Source: an uncultured Acidimicrobiaceae bacterium (GTDB taxonomy: Bacteria; Actinomycetota; Acidimicrobiia; Acidimicrobiales; RAAP-2). Taken from it: a stretch of 64,000 bases of DNA. A program made the translations under genes and the position numbers. This document shows, one piece after another, positions 23,405 through 32,174 of this stretch; the first letter of the stretch is position 1; every line of letters starts with the position of its first letter. Location of the stretch: the NCBI GenBank assembly GCA_963737805.1, contig CAVTUE010000005.1, positions 4,139 to 68,138 on the forward strand, read 5' to 3'. The notes under the pieces are model-generated. The model was not told the origin of the DNA. It did no database searches and saw only the letters and a list, made by a program, of their open reading frames with translations.

Positions 23405-24066
23405 GAAAGGTGGCAGCCGATGACCAGTGGACGTTTTCCGAAGTGGGCCTAGAGAAGCCCGACCACCGATCCAGACATTCAACGCGCCGTACCCGAGTGT
23501 GAAAGGAGGCAGCCGATGACCAGTGGACGTTTTCCGAAGTGGGCCTAGAGAAGCCCGACCACCGATCCAGACATTCAACGCGCCGTACCCGAGTGTGAAA
23601 GGAGGCAGCCGATGACCAGTGGACGTTTTCCGAAGTGGGCCTAGAGAAGCCCGACCACCGATCCAGACATTCAACGCGCCGTACCCGAGTGTGAAAGGAG
23701 GCAGCCGATGACCAGTGGACGTTTTCCGAAGTGGGCCTAGAGAACAACCGAGCAAGACATTCAACGCGCCGTACCCGAGTGTGAAAGGAGGCAGCCGATG
23801 ACCAGTGGACGTTTTCCGAAGTGGGCCTAGAGAAGCCCGGCCACCGATCCAGACATTCAACGCGCCGTACCCGAGTGTGAAAGGAGGCAGCCGATGACCA
23901 GTGGACGTTTTCCGAAGTGGGCCTAGAGAAGCCCGACAACCGATCCAGACATTCAACGCGCCGTACCCGAGTGTGAAAGGAGGCAGCCGATGACCAGTGG
24001 ACGTTTTCCGAAGTGGGCCTAGAGAAGCCCGACAACCGATCCAGACATTCAACGGGGCGTACCGAT
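23405..24066 (+). repeat. Tandem array of seven 96-bp units (one 90-bp variant), each with an SD and an identical 10-codon mini-ORF
   Basis: Mini-ORF ATGs lie at 23420, 23516, 23612, 23708, 23798, 23894 and 23990. Each unit is GAAAGGAGG-cagccg-ATGACCAGTGGACGTTTTCCGAAGTGGGCCTAG plus a 54-nt spacer, and the mini-ORF encodes MTSGRFPKWA. Units are near-identical, with variation confined to GA(C/G)C(A/C)ACCGATCC. Confidence 0.95.
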
Positions 24067-24245
24067 GCTGGTACTGCCTGTAGCTCTGTGTTGTTCGACA
24101 CGGCGGCCAGCCGCCTTAGGCGATCTAGTCTCGCTGAGGCAGCAGCTGCCTTTGTCGCGTCAGAGACCAGATAGAAAATAATGAGGGACAAGCCGGCCAT
24201 GCGAAGGCCTCACAATCTGCGGTCCAGGTCACAGCTGCAGCCTCC

Positions 24246-25478
24246 GTGACCGTCCGCAACGGGTCAACGCACCGCATCTGGAGGAACCCATTCGGCCGTC
24301 CCTTCGCCCGCCTGTGGGTTGGCTTCACGCTGGCAAGTTCTGGTGACGGACTGACGGCCGGGGCGGTCCCCCTTATGGCTGTCGTCGTCAATCCCCACCC
24401 GCTGGCCGTCTCTAGTGTCGTCGCCGCGGACAGTCTGCCGTGGCTCCTCTTGGCACTCCCGGCTGGCGCGTTTGCGGACCGATTTGAGCGCGGCCCGCTG
24501 ATGGCGATCTCAAATCTCGGGCGCGCCGTCGCCATCCTGGGCGGCGCGTTCCTCATTCTGGGCGATCGCATGACCTTGGCGCTCTTGATCCTGGTCGTGC
24601 TGATCAACGCGGGCGGCCGGGCTGTCTACTACTCCTCGCTGCAGGCGATCGTGCCCGGTCTCGTGGAGTCGGACGCGCTCGAGCACGCCAACGGCGTCCT
24701 CACCGGCACCGAAGCGGCCACTGAGCATCTCGCCGGCCCAGTGATCGGCACGTGGCTCTTCGCCATGAGCAAGGCGGTGCCCTTCTTCGCCGACGCCATT
24801 GCGACAGTGTTGTCCTGCTTCTCCTTTGTCCGCTTCCGCTCGAAAGCACCGAGACCGGACGGGTCCTCGACCTCGGCCTGGGAGGGCGCCCGGCTCCTCT
24901 TCGGCGACCGCCGGCTGCGGATCCTGCTTCTGATGGTGGGCTCTTTGGCCGGACTTCAGGGGATGGAGGCTGGGGTCTTGGTGTTGCTGGCCACAACCGA
25001 GTGGGGCGTCCGAGCCGGTGCGTACGGGGTCTTCGTCGCCGTCGGCGCGGCTGGGAACCTCATCGGGAGTCTGGGGGCAAACCCGCTAGTCAGAAACTTC
25101 GGGAGCGCCCGCACCCTGATCGGTGCCGCGCTCATATCCGGCGTCGGCTACCTGATCATGGCGTTGGCCCAGGGCTGGGAGCTGGCCGGCCCTGCCTTCG
25201 CCCTGGTTGGATTCGCCGTAGGCGTCGGATCCGTGGTCGCCATCTCCCTCCGCCAGAGACTGACTCCAGAAGATCTCATGGGACGGGTCGGCGGCGCCTG
25301 GCGCGGCCTCGTGTGGGGTGCGGCGCCCGTGGGCGCGCTGGCAGCCGGAAGCCTGGCCTCGATCGGCGGACTCCGTTTGCCATTGGTGCTGGCAGGGACC
25401 TTGCAGTGTGCCGTTGCGGTGTTCCTTGCCCGTCCGCTCCTCCGGAGCCTCCGGGAGGGTACCCGCCCGACCGAATAG
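24246..25478 (+). CDS. MFS transporter (MFS_3-like)
   Basis: Intact 410-aa ORF with a GTG start and about 12 hydrophobic helices. The motif AFADRFERGPLM is comparable to the DRVDKRRLL motif of the MFS transporter at 397. Confidence 0.85.
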   Translation: MTVRNGSTHRIWRNPFGRPFARLWVGFTLASSGDGLTAGAVPLMAVVVNPHPLAVSSVVAADSLPWLLLALPAGAFADRFERGPLMAISNLGRAVAILGGAFLILGDRMTLALLILVVLINAGGRAVYYSSLQAIVPGLVESDALEHANGVLTGTEAATEHLAGPVIGTWLFAMSKAVPFFADAIATVLSCFSFVRFRSKAPRPDGSSTSAWEGARLLFGDRRLRILLLMVGSLAGLQGMEAGVLVLLATTEWGVRAGAYGVFVAVGAAGNLIGSLGANPLVRNFGSARTLIGAALISGVGYLIMALAQGWELAGPAFALVGFAVGVGSVVAISLRQRLTPEDLMGRVGGAWRGLVWGAAPVGALAAGSLASIGGLRLPLVLAGTLQCAVAVFLARPLLRSLREGTRPTE

Positions 25479-25741
25479 CCGACTCAGGGGAGCAATCCCT
25501 ATTACCTCTCGTCAATCAGGATGGCTCTGAGGAGACCTCCGGGAGGGTTCGATGGCGGCCGACAAACCCTGCCAGGAAAGGCCGGAGTGATGGATTCCGT
25601 CGTCGGACCCACGGAAATCCCCGGATTCAGTCAACGCCATCGGGGTTGCCAGCGAAACACTGCTCAAGTGGAGGCCGGATCGGGCGTCACAGAAATGACG
25701 CAATCTCAAGTCTTGAACAAATTCCGCCGATAGTTTGATCC

Positions 25742-28465
25742 GTGTTCGCGGATGGCGCCGAGGCCATCAACGGGTGTGCAAAGACGGTGTGCTCTATGGA
25801 TGGGACGAATGTTCAGGAAGACGGATCCGTCAAACCTGGAAGTCTGCCTGTCCTCGCCGGTGTGAGCGATGCTGCCGGGAGCCGTAAGCGGCCACGATGG
25901 CAGGTGTCCGCTGCCATCTACTCGTTTTCCTTCACCCTGGCGCTGGCCACGGCCGCACTCTGCCTGAAGGGTCCGCTGCACGGACTGGGACCCCTCAGGG
26001 ACGTGATCCCCCAGGGTGCCATGTTCAGCATCGTCTGTGTGCTCTGGGCAATTACCGACTGGGTGCCGGTCTCATTGCACTACCGCGGCAACACCTTCCT
26101 GTGGGTGCTGGAGGACGTGCCGCTCCTCATCGGCTTGGTCTTCCTTTCCCCCAATCTTCTCGTCCTCAGCACGGTCTGCGCCGTTGCTTTCGTTTTCCTC
26201 GTCCTGCGCCGTCAAGCGATGTTGAAGGTTACGTTCAACGTCGCCTCGACTGCGATGCTTACCGCGCTCGCAGCCGTCGTCTTCCGCGAGCTCCTCGGAA
26301 CCCACAGTCCAGTCAGCCTCAGGGGCTGGGCCGCGGCCGCGGCGGCCTTGATTTCCGCCCAGATCGTGGCACCTCTCACACTACGTGTCGTCACGCTGAT
26401 TGCCGGACAGACTGCAAAGAAGAAGCGGTCGGGAATCCTTCTGCTGGCGAACCACGCGATGCTGATGGCGGTGAGCATGTGCCTTGCCTTGGCGTTCCTC
26501 GACGCCGCTTGGTTGGACCCATGGACGACATTGCCCCTCGTTCTCGTGGTCGCTCTGGTCATTGTGACCTACCGGGCGTATACCCGCCTCTCTCTCCGCT
26601 TCTCGTCTCTGCAACATCTCTACGATTTCAGTCGAACCATGGGTACGGCGAGCCTCGAACCGTCGTCCATGAGCGTGGACGTCCTCAAGGAGGTCTGCAC
26701 GGTCATGCGGGCTCGTCGCGCCGAGCTCATCTTGGCCGAGCCTTCGGGGATCCCCCGCCGGATCTCCTTCGATGAACACGGGGCCTCGGGGATCGAGCCG
26801 ATCACCCTCGATGAGGCGTCGATCGTGACGCAGACCATCGACACGGGCGAGGCCTCACTCCATCACTCTGCCGCGCCGGACCGCACGGTGAGTGTCGATC
26901 CGGTCGTCGGCGAGTATCGCGACGCCATCGTTGCCCCACTGATGAACCGGCACACCGCGATCGGCGTCATTATTGCGGTCGATCGCGACGAGGAGTTGGA
27001 CAGTTTCGACGATGACGACCTCAAGCTGTTCGAGACCCTCGTCGCCCACGCCAGCGCCAGCCTCGAACGGGCCCGACTCGTCGAGGAGCTCCGCTACGAG
27101 GTCGACAGCAAGTCGCACCAGGCCACCCATGACATGCTGACCGGGCTCCCTAACCGCATGTTGTTCCTCACCCGTGCCGCCGCCGCTCTCGGCGAGAGCG
27201 ACGGCGTGGCCATCGTGCTCTTGGACATCGACAGTTTCAAGGACGTCAACGACACGCTGGGCCACGCCATCGGCGACCGTCTGTTGTGCGAGGTCTCCGA
27301 ACGTCTGTTGCGCGCGGTCTCCGGGCGGGCCACCGTCGCCCGCCTCGGTGGCGACGAGTTCGCCCTCGTCATCGCCGACGTGACCGAGCCCGAGAGGGCC
27401 GTCGTCATTGTCAACGACCTCAACAACGAGATGTCGCGCCCGATCAAGATGGACGGCCTGACCCTCGCCGTGACCGCCAGCGCCGGCATCGCCATGGCAC
27501 CCGAGCACGGAGACGACGTGGCACTGCTCCTGCAGCGGGCCGACATCGCCATGTACCTGGCCAAGGAACGGCGCAGCACGGTGGAGCTCTACTCGGTGGA
27601 GCAGGACCAGAGCATGCGGCGCTGGCTGATGCTCGGCGGCCTCCTCACGCACGCGCTCGAGGAGGACAGCGAGCTGAGCCTGATGTACCAGCCCATCGCC
27701 GACGTCCAAACCCGGGAGATCGTGCAGGTCGAAGCCCTCTGCCGCTGGAACCATCCGGTGCAGGGGGCGATTCCCCCGGAGGAGTTCATCGGGATCGCCG
27801 AGCAAATGGGCCTCACCCCGCAGATCACGGACTTCGTCCTCTCCGAGGGCTGCCGCCAACTGGCCGCCTGGCGCGATGTCGGCATCAACGTCGGTCTCGC
27901 CATCAACGTCTCGGGACGGGAGTTCGCCGACGTCACTCTGGTCGAGAGGGTCGCCTCACAGCTGCGGGAACATGACCTCCCACCCGACATCCTCACGCTC
28001 GAGGTGACAGAGACCCAGATCATGGCCGACCTCGCACAGGCGAGCAAGGTGCTGGACAAGCTGTCCGCGCTAGGCATCAAGATCGGCATCGACGACTACG
28101 GCACGGGGTACTCGTCGTTGGCCTACCTGCACCGCCTTCCCGTGCAGGAGCTGAAGATCGACCGTTCTTTCGTGAGCAACCTCCCGAACGAGGCGAGCAA
28201 CCGGATCATCGTCCGCTCTTCCATCGCCATGGCCCACTCGCTCGGCCTCCAAGTCGTGGCCGAGGGCGCGGAGGACGAGCTCACGTGCGCCATGCTGGCG
28301 GAGGCCGCGTGCGACTTCCTTCAGGGCTACTACCTGTCCGAGCCCAAGGAGGCGTCCGTGCTCCAGGCCTGGCTCTTGGACGGTGCAACCCTCGAGTTCT
28401 CAACCGTCAAGGAGATCCGAGACTCGAAGAGTGCCGCCCTCATGGTCATGTTGAAGTCCGGATAG
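25742..28465 (+). CDS. Membrane sensor with GGDEF and EAL domains (c-di-GMP turnover protein)
   Basis: Intact 907-aa ORF. It has an N-terminal multi-helix membrane module, a GAF-like linker, a GGDEF domain (HDMLTGLPNR, ARLGGDEFALVI) and an EAL domain (QVEALCRWNHP, DDYGTGYSSL, VAEGAEDE). The true start may be the internal ATG (MDGTNVQ) near 25797. Confidence 0.9.
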   Translation: MFADGAEAINGCAKTVCSMDGTNVQEDGSVKPGSLPVLAGVSDAAGSRKRPRWQVSAAIYSFSFTLALATAALCLKGPLHGLGPLRDVIPQGAMFSIVCVLWAITDWVPVSLHYRGNTFLWVLEDVPLLIGLVFLSPNLLVLSTVCAVAFVFLVLRRQAMLKVTFNVASTAMLTALAAVVFRELLGTHSPVSLRGWAAAAAALISAQIVAPLTLRVVTLIAGQTAKKKRSGILLLANHAMLMAVSMCLALAFLDAAWLDPWTTLPLVLVVALVIVTYRAYTRLSLRFSSLQHLYDFSRTMGTASLEPSSMSVDVLKEVCTVMRARRAELILAEPSGIPRRISFDEHGASGIEPITLDEASIVTQTIDTGEASLHHSAAPDRTVSVDPVVGEYRDAIVAPLMNRHTAIGVIIAVDRDEELDSFDDDDLKLFETLVAHASASLERARLVEELRYEVDSKSHQATHDMLTGLPNRMLFLTRAAAALGESDGVAIVLLDIDSFKDVNDTLGHAIGDRLLCEVSERLLRAVSGRATVARLGGDEFALVIADVTEPERAVVIVNDLNNEMSRPIKMDGLTLAVTASAGIAMAPEHGDDVALLLQRADIAMYLAKERRSTVELYSVEQDQSMRRWLMLGGLLTHALEEDSELSLMYQPIADVQTREIVQVEALCRWNHPVQGAIPPEEFIGIAEQMGLTPQITDFVLSEGCRQLAAWRDVGINVGLAINVSGREFADVTLVERVASQLREHDLPPDILTLEVTETQIMADLAQASKVLDKLSALGIKIGIDDYGTGYSSLAYLHRLPVQELKIDRSFVSNLPNEASNRIIVRSSIAMAHSLGLQVVAEGAEDELTCAMLAEAACDFLQGYYLSEPKEASVLQAWLLDGATLEFSTVKEIRDSKSAALMVMLKSG

Positions 28466-28516
28466 CGGTCCCAGCCCGAGTGACCGGGCGGCCCTCGACC
28501 GGATCGGACCTCAGGC

Positions 28517-29773
28517 TCAACCCACTGACGCGTTGAACCACTTGGCCGTCGCCCCGTGGGCGGTCATAACCCGGCCGATCTGCGTCACCGCGCGCGCAAC
28601 CGCACGATGCCGGTTTGGTGGAGCGCCATCGAGCAGCTCGTTCCAGAACACGGCCCAGCCGCCAGACAGCGCATCGCCATGGCCCGCCGCGGTCAGAAGA
28701 CGACCGACCATTGCCGTTGCCCGGGGCCGTCCCACCAGGCCGGCGTGGACGACGGCGGCGATCAGATGGTACGGGAGGTGCTCGACGGCGAGTCTGGATC
28801 GATAGCTGTCGGCTGCGAGGCTCGGGCCGGTGAGGATCGCCTCCGCGGCCGCGCGACCACTGGTCATGGCCTGGGCGATCCCCTCCCCTTGCATCGGGTT
28901 CACGAGACCCGCCGCATCGCCAGCCAGAAGGATGCGCCCCCGCGCCGGCGTGGTCCCGACCATTCCCATCTTGAGCCAGCCACCGAGACGGCGTGACGGT
29001 ACCACCGGACCTGGCTCGAGAAGACCAAGGGCGCGCAGGTGCAAGAGGAAGTCAGGCAAGGCCCGGACTGCCTGTGCACCGGCCTTGCGATCCGACCGGG
29101 TCCCGATACCGAGACCGATGTTGGCGCCGCCCTGCTCTCCCGGAAAAACCCAGCCATATCCGGGGAACGCCCGCCTCGGCGTCGGCTCCCACAAGACGAT
29201 GGCCGGGAGATCGACCGCCTGTGGCAGATAGGTGCGCACGGCGAAGCCCCACAGAACCATCTGCGGGTCCACGAGACCCGCGGCCGCGGCGACTTCGCTC
29301 GTGGCGCCGTCGGCGCCGATCACGAAGTCGGCATCGATCCTCGCGCCGGCGCTCAACCGGTAGCCAACGATGCGCCCCTCTTCTTCCAGAGGCTCCTCTG
29401 CCCGCCCGACGATGGGAGTGACCCCCGCGGTGACGGCGGCCGCGTGGAGCATGGCGTCGAACACCGTCCTCGTGACCGCAGTGCCGTGCCCGGGATACGT
29501 CAGGCCATCCGCAGAGGGGAGCCGAACCCGGCGACCGGTTGGACCGACGACGAGCATGTCGCCGACGTCAGGCCCCATCGGCGGCGCCAACCCGAGATCG
29601 CTCATCAGCTGGAGACCTCGGGGTCCGACCACGTCGCCGCACGCCTTGTCCCGCGGAAAGGGCGATTTGTCGACCAAGGCGACGTTCACGCCACCTCGAG
29701 CAAGGACCAGCGCGGCCACGCTGCCCGCCGGTCCGCCCCCGACGACGAGCACGTCAAAGCTGGACATGCTCAC
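28517..29773 (-). CDS. FAD-dependent geranylgeranyl reductase family oxidoreductase (MenJ-like)
   Basis: Intact 418-aa ORF with an N-terminal FAD fold (FDVLVVGGGPAGSVAALVLARGG, DKACGD) and LAGDAAGLVNPMQGEGI. Confidence 0.85.
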   Translation of the reverse strand: MSMSSFDVLVVGGGPAGSVAALVLARGGVNVALVDKSPFPRDKACGDVVGPRGLQLMSDLGLAPPMGPDVGDMLVVGPTGRRVRLPSADGLTYPGHGTAVTRTVFDAMLHAAAVTAGVTPIVGRAEEPLEEEGRIVGYRLSAGARIDADFVIGADGATSEVAAAAGLVDPQMVLWGFAVRTYLPQAVDLPAIVLWEPTPRRAFPGYGWVFPGEQGGANIGLGIGTRSDRKAGAQAVRALPDFLLHLRALGLLEPGPVVPSRRLGGWLKMGMVGTTPARGRILLAGDAAGLVNPMQGEGIAQAMTSGRAAAEAILTGPSLAADSYRSRLAVEHLPYHLIAAVVHAGLVGRPRATAMVGRLLTAAGHGDALSGGWAVFWNELLDGAPPNRHRAVARAVTQIGRVMTAHGATAKWFNASVG

Positions 29774-29831
29774 CCTGCTCCTTCCACCTGCCCGGATCTA
29801 CAGTGAGATCCTCTCACCCCTGGAGGAAGGC

Positions 29832-30565
29832 ATGCCGACGGACGTTGCCGGTGCTCGGAACCGCTTCGCGCAGCAGCTGTTCGCGTCCCTCCCGAAGCGT
29901 TACGACCAGTTGGCCGAAGTCCTCTCCATGGGCCAGAACGGCCGATGGAGACGGGCCATGGTCGACCACATTGCGCCCATCTCGCCCGCCCGGATGCTGG
30001 ACGTCGCATCGGGGACCGCCGGCGTTGCCCTGCAGTTGGCGGCCGCACTTCCTCTGACGTCGTTGGCCTTGATCTGACCCGGAACATGCTCGCCCGGGGT
30101 CAGGAGAACGTGGCCGAGGCCGGGATGAGCCAGCGGATCAGTCTGGTGGCCGGTCGAGCCGAACAATTGCCATTTCCCGATGAGACCTTCGACGCACTGA
30201 CCTTCACGTACCTCCTTCGCTACGTTGACGATCCCCAGGCCACGCTGTACGAGCTGGCCCGGGTCGTGAAGCCCGGTGGTGCCGTCGCCAGCCTCGAATT
30301 CCTCCTGCCACCGAGTCGGTTCTGGCGCTTCTGGTGGTGGCTCTACACCCGCCTGCTCCTCCCCGTCGGCGGCTTGCTCACCGGTGGCCGCGAGTGGTTC
30401 CGGGTGGGGCGGTTCCTCGGACCCAACATCTCGCAGCACTACCGCACGTATCCCTTGTCATGGACCGAGGAGGCGTGGCGGAAGGCGGGGTTCGAGGATG
30501 TCGGTGTCAGCGTCATGAGCTTCGGGGGCGGTCTGGTCATGTGGGGGACGCGCAGGCGTGACTGA
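29832..30565 (+). CDS. Class I SAM-dependent methyltransferase, UbiE/MenG-like (frame change near 30050)
   Basis: ATG at 29832 after GGAGGAAGG. Motifs are LPKRYDQLAEVLSMGQNGRWRR and MLDVASGTAGVAL, then in the next frame VVGLDLTRNML...FDALTFTYLLRYVDDP...VKPGG. Confidence 0.8.
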
Positions 30566-31364
30566 GGAGCCTGCACCGGGGGCGAGCGACGCGGAGATTT
30601 CTTCTTCCCGACCCGAGGAACCGCACGCCGAGCGCGCCACGGAAGGACGACCGGCCTTCTACGCCGCCCGGTCGGGTGGCTGGCGTGATTGGTGGACCCT
30701 GCTCCATCCCCCATACACGGGGTGGCATTTGGCCTACGTGGTGATCGGTGCCTGCCTGGCGCCCACCGTCAACCTGACTCGGCTGCTCGCCACGCTCTTG
30801 GCCTTCTTCTTAGCCGTGGGGCTTGCAGCGCACTCGCTCGACGAACTGAACGGTCGTCCGTTGGGAACCCATATCCCGACCGGGGCGCTGATCGCCGTCA
30901 CGGTGGTGGGGCTGGCGGGTGCGGTTGCGCTCGGCGTTGCCGGAGTGTCCCGAGTCGGTTGGCCTCTTGTTCCGTTCTTGGTGCTGGGGCCTCTTCTTGT
31001 CGTCGCTTACAACCTGGAGCTGTTCGGCGGTGTGATCCATAGCGACGCTGGCTTCGCCTTGGCGTGGGGCTCCTTCCCGGTACTGGTCGCCTACGTGGCT
31101 CAAACTGGGCGGCTGGCGATCAGCCCGGCCATCGCCGCGGCCGGGGCTTTTGCGCTCTCGGCCGCGCAGCGCCAACTGAGCACGCCGGCACGGCTCATCC
31201 GCCGCCGCAGCGCCGCGGTGGGAGGTCAGATCACGCTGGCGAGCGGTGATGTGCTCCCGATAGATGAGCGGACGCTGTTGGGTCCCCTGGAGCGGGCTCT
31301 GCATGCCATGTCATGGGCGGTGGTGCTTCTGGCCGCGTCGCTGGCCGTGTCGAGCCTCAGCTAA
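30558..31364 (+). CDS. Integral membrane protein of unknown function (about 7 helices)
   Basis: Intact 268-aa ORF that overlaps the methyltransferase stop. Hydrophobic helices run throughout. No motif I can name with confidence. Confidence 0.6.
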   Translation: MTEEPAPGASDAEISSSRPEEPHAERATEGRPAFYAARSGGWRDWWTLLHPPYTGWHLAYVVIGACLAPTVNLTRLLATLLAFFLAVGLAAHSLDELNGRPLGTHIPTGALIAVTVVGLAGAVALGVAGVSRVGWPLVPFLVLGPLLVVAYNLELFGGVIHSDAGFALAWGSFPVLVAYVAQTGRLAISPAIAAAGAFALSAAQRQLSTPARLIRRRSAAVGGQITLASGDVLPIDERTLLGPLERALHAMSWAVVLLAASLAVSSLS

Positions 31365-31367
31365 CGG

Positions 31368-31832
31368 CTAGTCGCCGGACTCGAGCCGGCGGCGGAAACC
31401 CGCCACGGTGATCTCGACCACACGGTCATGACCCCACTGCAAGAGAGGGCGCCCGAAACGAGCTGCCAGCCGCATCGGGCGCTGCATCATTTCGACCGTC
31501 CATGCGACCTCGGCTTTTGCGCCGACATCGGTGGGGTGGATCTCGATACTCGCCAGACCTTCGAGGTCGCCATGGATGACGGCGTCAATCTCTCTGGGCG
31601 GATCGCTGCGAGTGATTTCGACCCGGAGGCGCATCCTGTACGGCAGCGGCGGAGCGACCACGCCGTGCAGAACCGAACCCGCCTTCAGGCTGCCCCCCTC
31701 AAGGCGGAACTCCTCCAGCCACGGCCACCATGCTTCGAACTGATCGACCTCCTGCATGGCAGCCCACAGCTGTTGTGGCGTGCACCCGAACTCATAGGCA
31801 CGCTGGTACCGAATATCTGCTCGCCCAGTCAC
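31368..31832 (-). CDS. SRPBCC / polyketide-cyclase-like small protein
   Basis: 154-aa reading from the GTG at 31830-31832: VTGRADIRYQRAYEFGCTPQQLWAAMQEVDQFEAWWPWL...IHGDLEGLASIEIHP. The longer ORF 31368..32384 runs antisense into the next gene, so I treat it as overextended. Confidence 0.6.
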   Translation of the reverse strand: MTGRADIRYQRAYEFGCTPQQLWAAMQEVDQFEAWWPWLEEFRLEGGSLKAGSVLHGVVAPPLPYRMRLRVEITRSDPPREIDAVIHGDLEGLASIEIHPTDVGAKAEVAWTVEMMQRPMRLAARFGRPLLQWGHDRVVEITVAGFRRRLESGD

Positions 31833-32174
31833 GTGCAACCACGTTAGGAGCTGACTCCAGAACCGTTTCGAGCCATCGTGCCCAGACGCGCACCGCGGGG
31901 TGAAGCCGAGGGTGAGGTCGAGGTCATACCGCCGCCTACCGGCGAAACGAAGAAAATGCTCCGGGGTGAGACTCGAACATTCAACCCAGCGCGCGCCCGC
32001 ACCGGCAATTCGGCCATGATCCCAGGTCAGCGGGCACGGATTGGATTGTCGGCACCGACACCGTTTGAGCGGTTTCGCAGGCCATCGCCGAGTCAGTATT
32101 GCGTTCAATGTTCGCGGCACGTAGTAACTAAGGTCGTTGTCCCCCGAGCACCCGGGGGTCCGGTGGGGAGGCAG

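Noticed and set aside
23405-24066. CRISPR array
   Set aside because: The entire 96-bp unit repeats almost identically. There are no unique spacers between short repeats, and no cas genes are nearby.
23171-24200. Long minus-strand ORFs through the repeat (23171..24052, 293 aa; 23304..24200, 298 aa) called as confident CDS
   Set aside because: They are open largely because one 96-bp unit lacking stops is copied seven times. Third-position GC, counted by hand on one unit, is far below what true genes in this genome show. I keep the 24200-start reading only as an alternative hypothesis in the findings.
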